Shown here one piece after another: positions 11,936 to 25,000 of a stretch of 64,000 nucleotides of DNA. This DNA comes from Azolla caroliniana (taxonomy: Eukaryota > Plantae > Polypodiophyta), in assembly GCA_043228905.1 (NCBI GenBank), contig JBHGNT010000018.1, positions 10,230,001-10,294,000 of the forward strand. Reading direction: 5' to 3'. The position numbers and the translations under genes are program-made. Position 1 is the stretch's first letter, and each line of letters begins with the position of its first letter. Below the pieces are notes generated by a model. It was not told the DNA's origin. It did no database searches and worked only from the letters and a program-made list of their open reading frames with translations.

Positions 11936-14900
11936 AAAAAAACTTTTTGACCAATAGTAAATGCACGAGGACGTCTATCCTGATCAACATAAAATCGAGC
12001 ACGATCTTGAGCTGTCTTGACATTTTCTTTGGCAATATGCAACATTTGGTTCATGTCTTGCAAAAAATTGCGTGTACTGTCTAATGTATCACGATGAATC
12101 GTGACATCAACTAGGGCACGTGGCTGAAAACCATACATCAACATAAAAGGACTATATCCAGTGGATGTATGTTTAGAGCTATTATAGGCAAATTCTAAGA
12201 TAGGAAGGTATTGCTCCCACTTAGAAGGGGTTTTTGCTACATAAGCTCGAAGCATGTCCTCAATAATTTGATTAACTCGTTCAGTTTGTCCATCAGACTG
12301 AGGATGATCTGCGGAACTCATGCTCAACGTAGTTTCTAGTTTCTTAAAGACCTGAGTCCAAAAGTCACTAGTAAACTTGGAATCTCGATCACTAACAATA
12401 TCCATCGGTAATCCATAAAAACGAAATAACTCATCAACAAATTGATAAGCCAACTGTTGAGCGGTTACCGTGGTTTTTGTAGGAATAAATCTAGCTAATT
12501 TTGTTAGCCTGTCAACGACAACCCATATGGCATCATGACCCCTCTGTGTACGAGGTAAACTAACAATAAAATCCATCGAGATACTTTCCCATTTATTGTT
12601 GGGAATATCTAAGGGATGTAAAAGACCAACAGCTTTAAGTCGTTCCGACTTATTAATCTGACATTGTAAGCATTGAGTTACGTATTTATGCACGTCAGAG
12701 CGCATCTTAGGCCAGAAAAAAGTACACGAGATGAGAACGAGTGTGCGTTGTATTCCAGGATGACCAGCAGATGGTGCATCATGACATTCATGAAAAATTT
12801 TCTGTTTAACATTTGGTAAATCTGGAACACAGACCTTTCCACTACGGTAGAGCAAACCGTTTGTAATGTGAAAGGTCGCCTTCGAGGGTAGGGTGCTAGT
12901 ATCGGCATCTAAACCAGATTCGGCTTTCGTCCAATATTTTGAGAAATAACTGTCATCAAGGTATTTCCCTCGAAGGTGATCTAAAAGATCAGATTTTATT
13001 TCCGTGAAGCTAAGCATGTTAACTTCTTTAATGCGACTAAGAGCATCAGCAACGGTGTTCATAGAACCCTTGCGATATCGTATGGAAAAATCAAAATCTT
13101 GCATAAGGTCAGCCCAACGGCCTTTACGACCAACAAGATCGGGCTGGTCACAAAAATACTTTAATGATTGATGGTCAGTTGTAACCACAAATTTATTTCC
13201 ATAGAGATAGTGCCTCCATGTTTTAAGTGCGTGTATCACCGCAAACAACTCTTTCTCTTGAACCGAATACCGAGATTGAGCAGCATCAAGCTTCTTACTT
13301 TCAAAAGCGATAGGGTGACCACCTTGATAAAGAACGGCACCAATAGCATAATCACTAGCATCGGTTTCAATTGAGAAAGGCTTAGAAGGGTTTGGTAATA
13401 GAAGAGTGGGAGCCTGACACACATGCTCCTTGAGTGTCTCAAATGATTTGTCAAGTTGTTCATTCCATGAAATTGGTTTGACAGACTTACGTGGATGACC
13501 TTTTAAAAGGTCAGTTAATGGCGTAGTCAATTTGGAATAGTTACGAATTGATTTTCGTAAAAATCCAACAAACCCTAAGAATGATCTAAGTTCACGAATA
13601 TTACGAGGAATGGGCCAAAGTTTAACCTTTTCAATACGAGAAGGTTCAATTTCAACGCCATTTTCTGTAATTAAATGACCTAGGTACACAATAGATTTTT
13701 GGAAGAAGTCACATTTTGAATGTTTTGCATAGAAAGAGTTGTCACGCAACTTTCGCAAAACAAATCGAACATGTTGAACATGATCTTGCAAGGTACGACT
13801 ATATATCAAAATATCATCCAAGAAGATGACAACAAAATCACCGAGTTGATCTCGGAAAACATCATTCATCGCTTGTTGGAATGTGGCTGGAGCATTAGTC
13901 AACCCAAACGGCATGACTAAAAACTCATAATGGCCATAGCACATACGAAAAGCGGTTTTAGGAATATCATCCTCGGCGATGCGAATCTGATGATAACCAG
14001 TTCGTAAGTCAATTTTCGTAAAATATCGAGCCCCGTGCAAACGATCAATCAAATCATCGGCACGAGGTAATGGATATGCATTCTTAATTGTCATTTTATT
14101 CAAACGGCGATAATTGATACACATTCGCCACGAACCTTCCTTCTTCTTGACTAATAGAACTGGCGCACCCCAAGGTGATTTACTATACCTAATGTGGCCC
14201 ATACTCAAGTATTCCTTAAGTTGTTTAGCGATCTCATCCTCTTCTAATCGACTAAGTCGATAAGGTGGAATGCTCACAGGAGCAGCCCCGGGGATGAGTT
14301 CAATTTGATGGTCCACATTACGTTTAGGTGGTAAAGTAAGCGGTAATTCAGTAGGAAACACATCTTGAAAATCCTCTAAAATAGAGTCGAGTAATCGTTG
14401 CTCAAAATGTGGTAATTGTGTGGCGTCAATATTAAAATAATAAAATTGAACCGCAGGATCAATTACACACGAATAAATTAATGAACTAGAATACTCACTT
14501 AAAGATTTAGAAGACACAAGTGAATGAGAAGGAAGTTTGGAACATTGAATAAAATGTTTACAATTATTAAGTTCAAATGTGATTGAGTGATTAACCCAAT
14601 CAATGGACAAAGAAGGGTTTTTATTAAAAAACCAAGGATATCCTAAAATGACATCTGCGGATTGTAATTTCATAACATGAAAGTCAAGCTTCTCCAAATA
14701 AGTATCTATTTGAATTGGCAGTTGACAAACAATGCCACTGATGTATTGAACGTTTCCATTTGCCATGTGAACTTGATAGATATGATCACTTGCGTTTATG
14801 TGGAGCTCCATTTGCTGCACAAAGTGATTATTAAGAAAATTGTGAGAACTACCGGAATCAAACAAGAAATGTGCTTGTGTTCCATTGATATATCCGACTG

Positions 14901-15918
14901 CTCGGAGTAAATCATTAGGTCCAAGTAAATGTGAAGGAAAAGTGCATTCACATAAACTTAAGTGATTGGTATGAACTTCAACAATATCAAAAGACTCACC
15001 TGTGTGACTCGTAGATTTGTCTTGAGGAGGGGTGTTCATTGACTTCCTCTCAAGACGACGACAGGTATCCTTTGTGTGGCCCCGCTTCTTGCAATATGCA
15101 CAGAAGAGGTTCGGTTTCTTTGAGTCGCGGTCAAGAGTGTCACTGGATTGCTTACATTTCCCAATGAACTTGACATTCGGAGTTTTGGCGAACTCAGGTT
15201 TATTGTGGTCTTTCTTGGAAGTCCTATGGTATTGCAGCACAATGTTGACGGCTTCCTCGAAAGTTGTGGGGTCCTTGTCATGGACAATCCAATGATAATC
15301 CCCATTGGGAATACCATTCAAAAAACAAGCGACAAACCATTTCTCACCCGTAAGTCCCGATTTTTGGATCTGGGTCCGAGCGTGATGCACATAATCCTCG
15401 AGAGAGGTAAATGGCTTACTAGACAATGTGAGCAAGTGTTGCGCTTGTTCGGTTTGAGAAGGTGGCTGCAAGAATTGTTTCTTAAAAACATCAACGAAAC
15501 CTTCCCAAGTTGTGGGTAAGTTTTTTGCGGTCCTTAGGCCACGCCACCAAGCAGCAGCTCGGCCACCTAATTCACGACCGACATAACCAATTTTTACTGC
15601 ATCGGGCTTGGGATGAAGCTCAAAGTGAGACTCCCAACGACCAAGCCAAGTGCTAATAGCCTCCTCGGTTCTTTCTTTCTTATCTCCCTTGAAAGGCGTG
15701 ACTACGAAGGAAGGTTCACCTTCTTTCTTGGACTCAATAGTTAATTCTTGGAATTTCTTTTCCAATGCCATATTGGCCTGTCTCATTTCGGCCAATTGAT
15801 TCAAGGTAGTAGTGAGCAATTGCTCAATAGTGATCTCAGCTTGTGTGCGAGATGCGGATTGGGGTTGAGAGGTCTCATTTGGAGAGATCGTTCCAACTGC
15901 GTTCAAAACTTGTTCCAT
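11920..15918 (-). CDS. Gag-Pol polyprotein (gag, CCHC, protease, RT, RNase H, integrase), 1332 aa
   Basis: CAYCKKRGHTKDTC, LFDSGSSHNF, FLDDILIYS, ETDASDYAIG, H2C2, SISMDFIV, SDRD, DGQTERVN; frameshift at the A8 run 11935-11942. Confidence 0.96.
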   Translation of the reverse strand: MEQVLNAVGTISPNETSQPQSASRTQAEITIEQLLTTTLNQLAEMRQANMALEKKFQELTIESKKEGEPSFVVTPFKGDKKERTEEAISTWLGRWESHFELHPKPDAVKIGYVGRELGGRAAAWWRGLRTAKNLPTTWEGFVDVFKKQFLQPPSQTEQAQHLLTLSSKPFTSLEDYVHHARTQIQKSGLTGEKWFVACFLNGIPNGDYHWIVHDKDPTTFEEAVNIVLQYHRTSKKDHNKPEFAKTPNVKFIGKCKQSSDTLDRDSKKPNLFCAYCKKRGHTKDTCRRLERKSMNTPPQDKSTSHTGESFDIVEVHTNHLSLCECTFPSHLLGPNDLLRAVGYINGTQAHFLFDSGSSHNFLNNHFVQQMELHINASDHIYQVHMANGNVQYISGIVCQLPIQIDTYLEKLDFHVMKLQSADVILGYPWFFNKNPSLSIDWVNHSITFELNNCKHFIQCSKLPSHSLVSSKSLSEYSSSLIYSCVIDPAVQFYYFNIDATQLPHFEQRLLDSILEDFQDVFPTELPLTLPPKRNVDHQIELIPGAAPVSIPPYRLSRLEEDEIAKQLKEYLSMGHIRYSKSPWGAPVLLVKKKEGSWRMCINYRRLNKMTIKNAYPLPRADDLIDRLHGARYFTKIDLRTGYHQIRIAEDDIPKTAFRMCYGHYEFLVMPFGLTNAPATFQQAMNDVFRDQLGDFVVIFLDDILIYSRTLQDHVQHVRFVLRKLRDNSFYAKHSKCDFFQKSIVYLGHLITENGVEIEPSRIEKVKLWPIPRNIRELRSFLGFVGFLRKSIRNYSKLTTPLTDLLKGHPRKSVKPISWNEQLDKSFETLKEHVCQAPTLLLPNPSKPFSIETDASDYAIGAVLYQGGHPIAFESKKLDAAQSRYSVQEKELFAVIHALKTWRHYLYGNKFVVTTDHQSLKYFCDQPDLVGRKGRWADLMQDFDFSIRYRKGSMNTVADALSRIKEVNMLSFTEIKSDLLDHLRGKYLDDSYFSKYWTKAESGLDADTSTLPSKATFHITNGLLYRSGKVCVPDLPNVKQKIFHECHDAPSAGHPGIQRTLVLISCTFFWPKMRSDVHKYVTQCLQCQINKSERLKAVGLLHPLDIPNNKWESISMDFIVSLPRTQRGHDAIWVVVDRLTKLARFIPTKTTVTAQQLAYQFVDELFRFYGLPMDIVSDRDSKFTSDFWTQVFKKLETTLSMSSADHPQSDGQTERVNQIIEDMLRAYVAKTPSKWEQYLPILEFAYNSSKHTSTGYSPFMLMYGFQPRALVDVTIHRDTLDSTRNFLQDMNQMLHIAKENVKTAQDRARFYVDQDRRPRAFTIGQKVFFACAD

Positions 15919-16933
15919 GATGCACGCTGTGGGTATGCAATAAAATAAGGAGGTTCAGAAAATACACAAGCAAAATGAATGCTTGAAATTTTGATTGAAA
16001 GAACTTTATCCAAGAAAGTATCTCATGTCTTTACCCCTCTAGACATATGAGATGTGATTCGAGATCCGATAACTATGGTAACACTATGGTGTTTTAAAAA
16101 CCATGGGGGAAAACATAGCTAAGATGTATTTCTCGGATCTCTATCTTGAGTAATCATGGCGGCTCCCCGAGGCTCAACCATGGTTCTTACATCAATGAAA
16201 TTTCCTAGATAGCCTTATATTAATGCCAACCCATCATGTATTATATGGTCGAGAAAGTGTATTACGTGAAAAAACAAGTGCACTCACAAGTAATATTCTA
16301 GTCTTGCGAGCAATAAGCAAACGTGATGATAAAATGATCAAATAAGGCACTACTCATAAGAGTTAAGTAGTGACGAAAACAAGGGTAAAAAAAAAAACCC
16401 ATGTGTTACCTACGAAAAAAACAATGTCACAAATAAATGGGAAGTGCGAGGTATGCACATATACATCCCAATATGAGTGTTATAACTTGCACAATTGTGA
16501 CATAAGCCACAAATTGATACAAGTGATGACGGTGTTGTGCGCAAAGATGTAATACTCAAATCCATGAGTAAAACATCAATAAGGGAACTCATATGGTTTT
16601 ACTCGTTTTCTAAGGCTTGATGATAAGAGTTAAACCTAGATGACCCGTTGAAAAAAAATAAAAAATCGTTCAACAAGCCACTCCATACGAAAAAATAGTC
16701 TACACGTAAAGGTTACATTAAAATAAACGATGTAAATACTTTATACATGAAAAGGAAGTGGAAAAAGGAGAGTTAATTGTGGGCGGGTAAATAATAATTA
16801 CTAGAAAATCATATAAGTGAAACAATACTTATGAAATTAAAATTTAATTAGAATAATCAACAATTAGGTGTATGGAATCAAACATGCCCTAAGATACGAA
16901 ACCCTAGGGTAGTTGACATGCACCTCCTCAAGA

Positions 16934-17430
16934 CCACCACATATCCCTAGAATCGGCCAAGTAATGGCTAATTAAAGAGGAAAGTGGCATATGTAAGCTA
17001 CATATACCTTGTCAAGGCCACATCATCCCTTAGAATCGGCCAATTGATGGCTAATTAAAAAGGAAAGTGGCATATGTAAGCTACATATACCTTGTCAAGG
17101 CCACAACATCCCATAGAATCGGCCAATTGATGGCTTAATAGAGAGTAGAGTGGCATAGGTAGGCAACATACACCTCTTCAAGGCCACATCATCCCTTAGA
17201 ATCGGCCAAGTGATGGCTCCATAGAGGGGAAGAGTGGTATACTCAACATCATATGCAAAACGGCCATGAGATAAGCGTGTGCGATTAGAGCAAACACGCT
17301 CGACCCAATGCACAAGAATAATTATTATCGTAAGAGTTCAAGAGAGGAGAGAGTGGGATATATATCGCAATATGCAAAAGGCCATGAGTTGAGTGTGTGC
17401 GATTAGTGCAAACACGCTCGGCCCGATGCA
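16934..17430. repeat. Tandem arrays in the chromovirus 5' leader: 83 bp x ~4, then ~120 bp x 2
   Basis: CCACATCATCCCTTAGAATCGGCCAA units at ~16935, 17018, 17101, 17184; GTGTGCGATTAG..CAAACACGCTCG twice. Confidence 0.88.
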
Positions 17431-17676
17431 TAATAATAAGTAAAATCGTAGCGTAGTAGGAGGTAGAAGGAAAGCGAATAAAACGTAATACCAATTTGAT
17501 TCGACCATAAAGAACGCATAATAGAAAAAGAGAAGAGATCAAAAAAGAAGAATACCGGGTTTAGAGTGTTGTTTTGATCCTGAGAAGAGCATGACGAGCC
17601 TTGTTAGATCCCCCTCGCTCACACGCAAAAAACATCAAAACAACAAAAAAATTGTTAGTAAAAGCTCTGATACCAC

Positions 17677-18150
17677 TGTTAAGAGTCTATTACTAATCAA
17701 TAGACCAAATCAAGTAAAAAGGAAGAAAATAGATTGGATAGAAGAACCCGTTCCACCCGACCACCCCCGAGCTATGATCTAGACATAGCCAACCTACCAC
17801 CGACGTCCCATACTGCCGGATATTAGGATGACTAATAACTTGGAAGAGATAAACACGATCGTCGAGACGAAAGCCTAGCCCGCACCACCGGTGTCTACGA
17901 CAGCAGCCTTCCGACGTGATGATCCTTATGAGGGTAGCTAAGCCTCATATTTATACCTTTTCCTAGGCCCCTTGAATAGATGTGCCTTTCTAAAAGGCTC
18001 TCTATTCATTGGTTGTCTAAATCATGATAGTGCATGCACATATCATTCATTCTATCCAATCATTAGTCCCCTTTTTAATAATAGTGAACATACCCTTCAC
18101 TAATGTAAATATTAGTGACCTACCCTCACCAACGTTATGTGTACATAACA
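17677..18150 (-). repeat. 5' LTR of the chromovirus
   Basis: Adjacent iMet PBS; near-identical to 11033-11506. Confidence 0.96.
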
Positions 18151-20551
18151 CTTAGCCGGAATGAGATCGGACTCTCATCTAGAGTACTAAAATCTTCATC
18201 TTCTACTTGAACCTCTCTGGGTTCACTAGCCTCATCCTCCGGAATCGAGTCTTCGTCGGGAGTTGGAGTCGGTAGAGAGTACCATGATGCCGACTCATCA
18301 AACTCGACATCTCGACTTACTCGGACCTATTTAGTCCGGATTTTATAACACTTATACCCCGTTCATGCAAATAGCCGACAAGTATGCACTTTTCTGACTT
18401 CGGATCCGGCTTCCTCCGCTTCTCATATGATACATGCACATATGCTATGCCATAGAATATCCGAAGGTGTCTCAAATTCGGCTTTTGCCCGAAATACAGC
18501 TCATGTGCTGACACCTTCTCTCCGATCTAGTTTTGGATGTAGACGATCATCCGGACCGCCTCAGCCCAACAAAATTTGGGCATGCTCTTCTCCTTCAACA
18601 TTGCCCTTGCCACGTCGACAATCGACCGGTTTTTTCTCTCCGCCACACTCTTTTGTTCCGGTGAGTATCTGCAGCTTAATTATCTCCGAATTCCTTTTTG
18701 CTGTAGATAATTGTTGAATTGGCTGGAAAAGTATTATTTTCCACCATCCGACCACAGGCACTTGATCTTTCTTTGTGTTTCCCTCTCGACTAGGCTTTAT
18801 TGATTCCAGAAACAGTCAAAGACTTCACTTTTCCTCTCAATGACGTAGATCGATGTGTGCCGGCTATAGTCGTTGATGAAGGAGACGAAATACCGACACC
18901 CGCCAAGACTAACGTTCTGTGTCGGTCCCCATACATCTAAATGGATTAAGTCGAGCTTCTTACGGCTCCGGTTTTGTACAGTGGGGAATGGAAGCTGGTG
19001 TTGCTTCCCGAGTTGGCAAGCTCCACATATTTGGGCCTTCTGGCCACTAAATTTCGGCAATCCGAGAACAACCTGTTTCGATTGCAGGGCTTGAAGCCTC
19101 CGGTAGTTGACGTGGCTGATCCGCTTGTGCTAGAGATCGATGTTCGATTCAATCTTCTATCCTTTGGCAAACAAGGCCGTGCCGACGTCATTGGTGTCAA
19201 GGATGAACATCCGCCCATCTCTGCGACCTTGTGCAATTATCTGGCCTTCTTCCTCAATGAAGCACCCGAGGTGCGTAAATTGCACCTGCATTCCTTGGTC
19301 GACGATTTCTCCGACCGACACTAGGTTCTTTGTGATTGTCGGAACATGTAGTACGTTCATCAGCTTTCCCTTTTGTCCAACATGGCTAAGGGGGACTTTT
19401 TCCACATGCACAATTGGGGGAGGGGTGTTGTCTCTAGTTTCGACGATTTCTGGTTGTTCCGATTTCTCTAAAAACGAGAGCCACTCTTCGTGGCTCGTCA
19501 TGTGGTTTGAGGCTCCGGAATCAACATACCATACTTCCTCCGCTTTGGAAGTAGTCTTCTTCATCGAGTTAGCCTTGTGCTTCATCACAAAGGTTCAATG
19601 GCCCCTTTCCGGTTTTCCCTGTTCCGGATCCTTCCGATCCTTCTACGTAGTGTGAGCTTTGTCGGTTTCCCTATCTGGCCTTACCAGATCCGGATTTGTC
19701 TGAATCGACGCACTTCTTCCAACACTCGCGTTCTCTGTGGCCTTCCTTGTCACAATACCAACATTCTATGTCGGCCTTCCCTTGTCGATTTCCGGCGCCG
19801 TTTTGACTCCCCTTGCTTGTGGAGGGTCCAAAACTGTTGTCGGCACTGTCTCGGTGCCTTCGATTCTGCTCCTACCAGTTGTCACCATTGCATGCTGACC
19901 CACCTCGTCCTGCATGCCCACTGGGCTAGTCCGCCTCCGTGTACAACATCCGGTTGTCCGGTTGAGTGGTCCTCGACCCAGTCACGTGGTTTTCTTCGAC
20001 CATCAGCATTGAATGCAGATCAAAGAAGGATGGTGGCTTCTCCCGGGTGCAGATCTCCGTCCGGATTGGCCCGTACGTTGTGCTAGACCACCAAGGCAGA
20101 TTTGTACCATTTCTTCTTCGTCAACCATCACATTGAAGGACCCAAGCGTGTCACAAATGTCCTTTATTTTGGTGGTGTACTCCGTAACCGACATATCTGT
20201 CTGCCGGATGTTGTTCAACTCTTGCTAGAGTTGCAACTTACGGGTTTTGGTACTTGTGGCGAAAATCTTCCGAAGATTTTCCCAAGCCTTCTTCGACGTT
20301 TTTGCATCCTTGATGTAGCCGAGCATCTGATCGTGCACATAGGATGTGAGGCAGTACAACACTTTGCTCGCTCCTTGTTTCCATGTCAAGAAGTCCTTGT
20401 GTGCTGGCTCCGACGCTACATTGTTTGTTCCTTCCATAGAGCTCCAGTAACCATGCCCAAGTACGTACTGGTGCATTTTATATGACTAGGATGCAGAGTT
20501 TCTCCGATCGAGCTTTTTTGTGGGAAGCGAACTTGTCATACCTTTGTCCAT
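18151..20551 (-). pseudogene. Copia gag-protease-integrase of element B
   Basis: MDKGMTSSLPT start; WYVDSGASNHMT; CGACQLGKQH; IHLDVWGP; KCILVGY; many disruptions; same family as element D. Confidence 0.9.
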
Positions 20552-20646
20552 CTTGGTTCTCTTCTGTTCTTCACTGGGTGTTAGGGTTTATCTTCGAAGG
20601 CGTATGTCGGCGGCAGAGGAGTCTCAACCCTCGTGCTTTGATACCA

Positions 20647-21551
20647 TGTGAAAGTTAATATGCAAAAGTGTATGACAAACCGGCGTAGCCAAATACCAAT
20701 AGAACGTAGAGAAGAAGGTTTATAGGAGACCTTACATAGAGAATTCACATGAGAGACAAAGAGAGAGCAGAACATAAACTCAATTAAAAATAATAATCCT
20801 CTGTACATAGAATATGCTCAGAGAACTAACAGAAGTACTAACAGGTACTTCAATGCTCATACGAGCTACTATCACTGACTCCCAAAAATACGGCTATGTA
20901 CTAGTTGTTGGGAAATCGGTCCCTCCACATGGGATCCGGTTATGAGTACCGGAAGAGATCCAGAAACCGGATCGGATGGATTCGGTGTGAACCAGAAGTG
21001 AAGACATATTTGTAAATATGTTTTGAGTAAGCCTATTGAGACTATATTTGTAAATAGCCCTAAGTTCATATAAGTATAAATATTACTTAGGGCAATCACT
21101 TTGATATAGATGTGAGGGTTGTCATATTGTTGTAGAGATAACTGTTGTATAGAGAGAGAGAGATATAGAGCGATACTCTGTTGTAACCGCCGGCTGGCGA
21201 AGTTACAGAGCTCGAGGTCGTTGCCTTTGAGCCTCTATTTGTACCTTTTCCTATATAGTGATAGTTTGGAGTCTGTGGGCTCCCGTGGTTTTTGCCTATT
21301 AGGGTTTTCCACGTAAACATCTTGTGTATCCTCTATCGTTCTTTGTGTGTGTAACTGCGCTCACTCCCTACTTCCTATTTCCGTGTTTGATTTCCATGCA
21401 AGTGATTTCCATGCAATATTCCGCGCTATTCTTCACACTAGGCTGGATCCGTAGGCCTTTAACGGCCTCCCGGTTTCAATCCGATCCGGCTCCTAATTCC
21501 GGATATCATCCGGACACCGATCCAGATTTGGTTGAGCTTGCTCGCTCAACA
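20647..21551 (-). repeat. 5' LTR of element B, interrupted by a solo LTR
   Basis: Homologous to 8765-8943; ends GTTGAGCTTGCTCGCTCAACA like the reverse complement of the element D LTR start. Confidence 0.85.
20906..21437 (+). repeat. Copia solo LTR
   Basis: TGTTGGG...TTCACA, TSD CTAGT/CTAGG; E-family motifs. Confidence 0.85.
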
Positions 21552-21913
21552 ATTTGGATAGAGATTATGCATAATCTCAGAGGGTTGTTAGATAGTATAA
21601 AGGGGTATTATGCACCAAGCGGAGCTTAAGCGTTTGGAGTTTCATGTCATCTGGGACGGTTAGAATTTAAGATAACTTTTTGATAAGGTGGAGTGGTTTT
21701 ATTCAGCACCAAAGTATTTATTTAAGCTGACGGTTAGAATTTAGAAAAAAAAAAGGGGATATGTGGTATATCTTGTATGTATAGCCTTATGGCGTTTTCT
21801 AATACTAATGTAGTATTTTGTTTTTAGAAAATAGAAGAAGAAGAAGGTCCTAGGTTATCTTGAACACATAAGCTCTTATGTATCATCAAACCACTTATAT
21901 ACCCTAATGTTTT

Positions 21914-21951
21914 TGAAAAGAAATGAGAGTGATTATGTGCAGCGGAAGAGA

Positions 21952-22021
<70 letters not shown>

Positions 22022-25000
22022 TGTGTGTGTGTGTGATCTCGACGTATACGACATCCCTACTTTTGGCGGATGGGTTGAAGCACTTGTACCCCTTCTGTTC
22101 GAGTGAGTACCCCACAAGGATACACTTCTCCGATTTCGGATCAAGCTTTTGCCGCTTTCCATCGGGAATGTGTATGAATGCGATCGGGCCAAATATCCGG
22201 ATGTGGGACAAGTTCGGCATCTTGCCGTAGAACTTTTTGTGGGGGGTGACATCATGCACTCCGGATGTCGTGCACCGGTTCATTAGATAGATAGTCGTGT
22301 TTGCCGTTTCAGCCCAATACGATTTCGACAGGTTCTTTTTGTTCATCATTGCTCTCACCACCTCCAATATCTGTTGATTTTTACGTTCGGCTACTCAGTT
22401 TTGCTAAGGTGTGACGGCACGAGAATTCTCGGCGAATTCCTTCCTTTCGAAGGTATGTTGTAAATTCATCCGAGAAATATTCCTTGCCCCCATCCGATCG
22501 AAGGCATCGAACATGCTGATCGATTGCCTTTTCAACTTCATTCTTGAGCTTTTGGAAGTGTCCGAACACTTCTCTCTTTTGCCGCATACGGTAAATCTAG
22601 GTATGGCTTGAGAAGTCGTCGATGAACGTCACATAGTAACGACAACCACCGAATGTTGCAGTGTAGACTCGTCCCCATACATCTGAATGAACTACAGCCA
22701 GGGTCCCTTTGCTCACATTCCTCTCTTTCGTGAATGGTTGTTGATGTTGTTTGCCAAATGGACAAGCTTCGCATACACCTGCCATCTCCTTCTCGGTAAA
22801 AGTCAAGAGTCCAATGACGACTCCTTTCGACTGCATCCCTTTAAGTTTTAGGAGGTTGATGTGGCTGATTCGTTTGTGCCACAACTCTATGTCGGTGTCA
22901 GCTTTCCAACCCTTGGCATACATAGTCGATTTCATCTCGTGAGAATCGAGGATGAACATTCGGCCTTCCCTTCGATCACGAGCGATAATTCAGCCTTCCT
23001 TTTTGTTGAGAAATCAAGCTCAACTAGAGTTAGTTAGTTAGTAAACCATATAACTTCATAGTTACCTAGATAGAATCTAGTTAGAAGTGTTGACTATAAC
23101 GCCTTAAATAGGACCTTGTACTTAAGTAGGATATTATAGATTCTCCACTCCCAAGGTCATTTAAGATAGGACTTACACGGTTGTACCTATATTCTCCTCA
23201 CACATGTGCACCCTTGCACATGAGATCTATATATACCTCATTGATGGTATTTTTGTATTTGATCATGATGATGCTAATTTAATATAGAGTTAATCATCCC
23301 CCATCTTGTGTTGTTCATAAGTGTATCTTCGTCTCTCTCTTCCTCTCACACACATATCACATAATCTTTCACGCTTAACTTAATCACATAATTAGGTACA
23401 AATAACCCTTACTTAATTACCTAATTCTTAACACTTTTCAATGAAGCACCCTCCATCGTTGAACCGAACTTGCATGCCTTGTTCCACGATCTAGTCGACC
23501 GAGACCAGATTCTTCGTTATTTTCAGAACATGTAAGACATTTTCAATGTAGGTGTCATTCCCCTCTTTGCCGAATGGGACATTGCCGACATGCTGAATGG
23601 GGGTGTATTGTGTCATCCCCGGTTTCAACATATTCAGGTCAATCGGGTTTTCAGAGTTCTCGAAACCAATTTGGCGCACCCGAATCGACAAACCAAACAT
23701 CTTCGGAACTGGAGATGTTGGTCAAGCATGATTCCGTCATCGAGTCTGCGCTATGTCGCATCAGGAACATTCCGAGGCGTAATTAGTGAGTTGTCGACTT
23801 TTGAATGCTATCTCACTTTTCTTTTTCTGACACTTTGCCTCGTAGTGGCCGAATTTGCCACAATATCTGTACTGAACGGAGTTGTTATGTCTGCTGGGTT
23901 CAACGTGATTTCTTCCCTTTCGACCCGAGGCTCCGCCTCGCGAGTTTGTGGCTTCTTGCCGGTAGTAGAAGTTGTGCTCATGGGACTGCCCTTGATTCTG
24001 TCAGCCTTGGTAGAATCGGCCTCTTTTGCCACGACCTTGTCCTCTTCCTCCATCCGAGTTCGAATAGAATATGTGTCCCTCTTGCACATTGCTCCTCGCT
24101 TGGACATGATTCTCCTTGACTAGTAGCATTGACTGAAGATCGAAGGAAGGAGGATTCTCTCTCACGAGAATGGCCTACCTTACTGCGCCGAAAGGTGCCA
24201 AGCCTCCGAGGCATATCTGCACCACTTCATCGTCGTGAATGCTGACATTCATTGACTCGAGGGTGTCATACATCTCCTTGATTTTCAAGGTGTAGTTACC
24301 AATCGACATATCCCTCTGTTGAATATTGTTCAACTCCTACTGGAGTTGAAGTTTGCAAGCAGCTGTATTAATCGAGAAGATTTTCTTGAGGTTCCTCTTG
24401 AATGTAGCGGAGCATGTGTTCATGTACGCACGACGTAAGGCAGTACATCACACGGCTCGCAGTCTGCTCCAGGCTAGGTAGTCGGTCTGTGTTGGGTTGG
24501 GTTGCGTTTCTTGCGGTCTTTCGATGTAGCCCCAATAGCCTTGGCCGACAAGGTATTGGTGCATCTTGTACTCGCAAGATGCAAAGTTGTTTCTGTCAAG
24601 CTTCTCGGTAGGAAGAGCACTTCCCATCTGGGTGTTCATGTTGACTCTTCTCAATGATATAGATTGTGCAAAGGCTGCTACAACAATCGGCCGATTCTTC
24701 GTGAACGTAGGCTTTAACACAACACACGTGAATAGGCTTGGATCAGACTACCAATCGCTCTGATACCATGAAAAGAAACGAGAGTGATTATATGCAGCAG
24801 AAGAGATATGTGTGTGTGAGAGAGAGAGAGAGAAAGAGAGTGAGAGATCCCGATGTATATAGAAAACAAGTAAAGATTATATTATCAAAGAAAAGATTAG
24901 AAGAAGGACCAACACTACAAATGAGGTGGGAAGGTGACTATATAGTCACCTTCTCTCTATATTCTCTTTCTACAACCACCTCTTAACTAAAGGGAGGTGG

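Larger units (their letters stand above)
11033..18150 (-). mobile_element. Full-length Ty3/gypsy chromovirus nested in element B
   Basis: 474-bp LTRs 11033-11506 and 17677-18150 (6 mismatches by eye); TSD CTTAG; iMet PBS 17664-17675; PPT TAGGGGAGTA 11507-11516. Confidence 0.97.
8765..21551 (-). mobile_element. Ty1/copia element B, decayed, hosting three nested insertions
   Basis: TSD ATTTG at 8760-8764 and 21552-21556; LTR start TGTGAAAGTTAATATG at 8765 and 20647; PBS TGGTATCAAAGC at 20635-20646; 3' LTR truncated at ~8943. Confidence 0.9.

Noticed and set aside
23808-24107. Apparent novel ORF inside element C
   Set aside because: Another frame gives the normal gag knuckle (YCGKFGHYEAKC); it is a shadow frame
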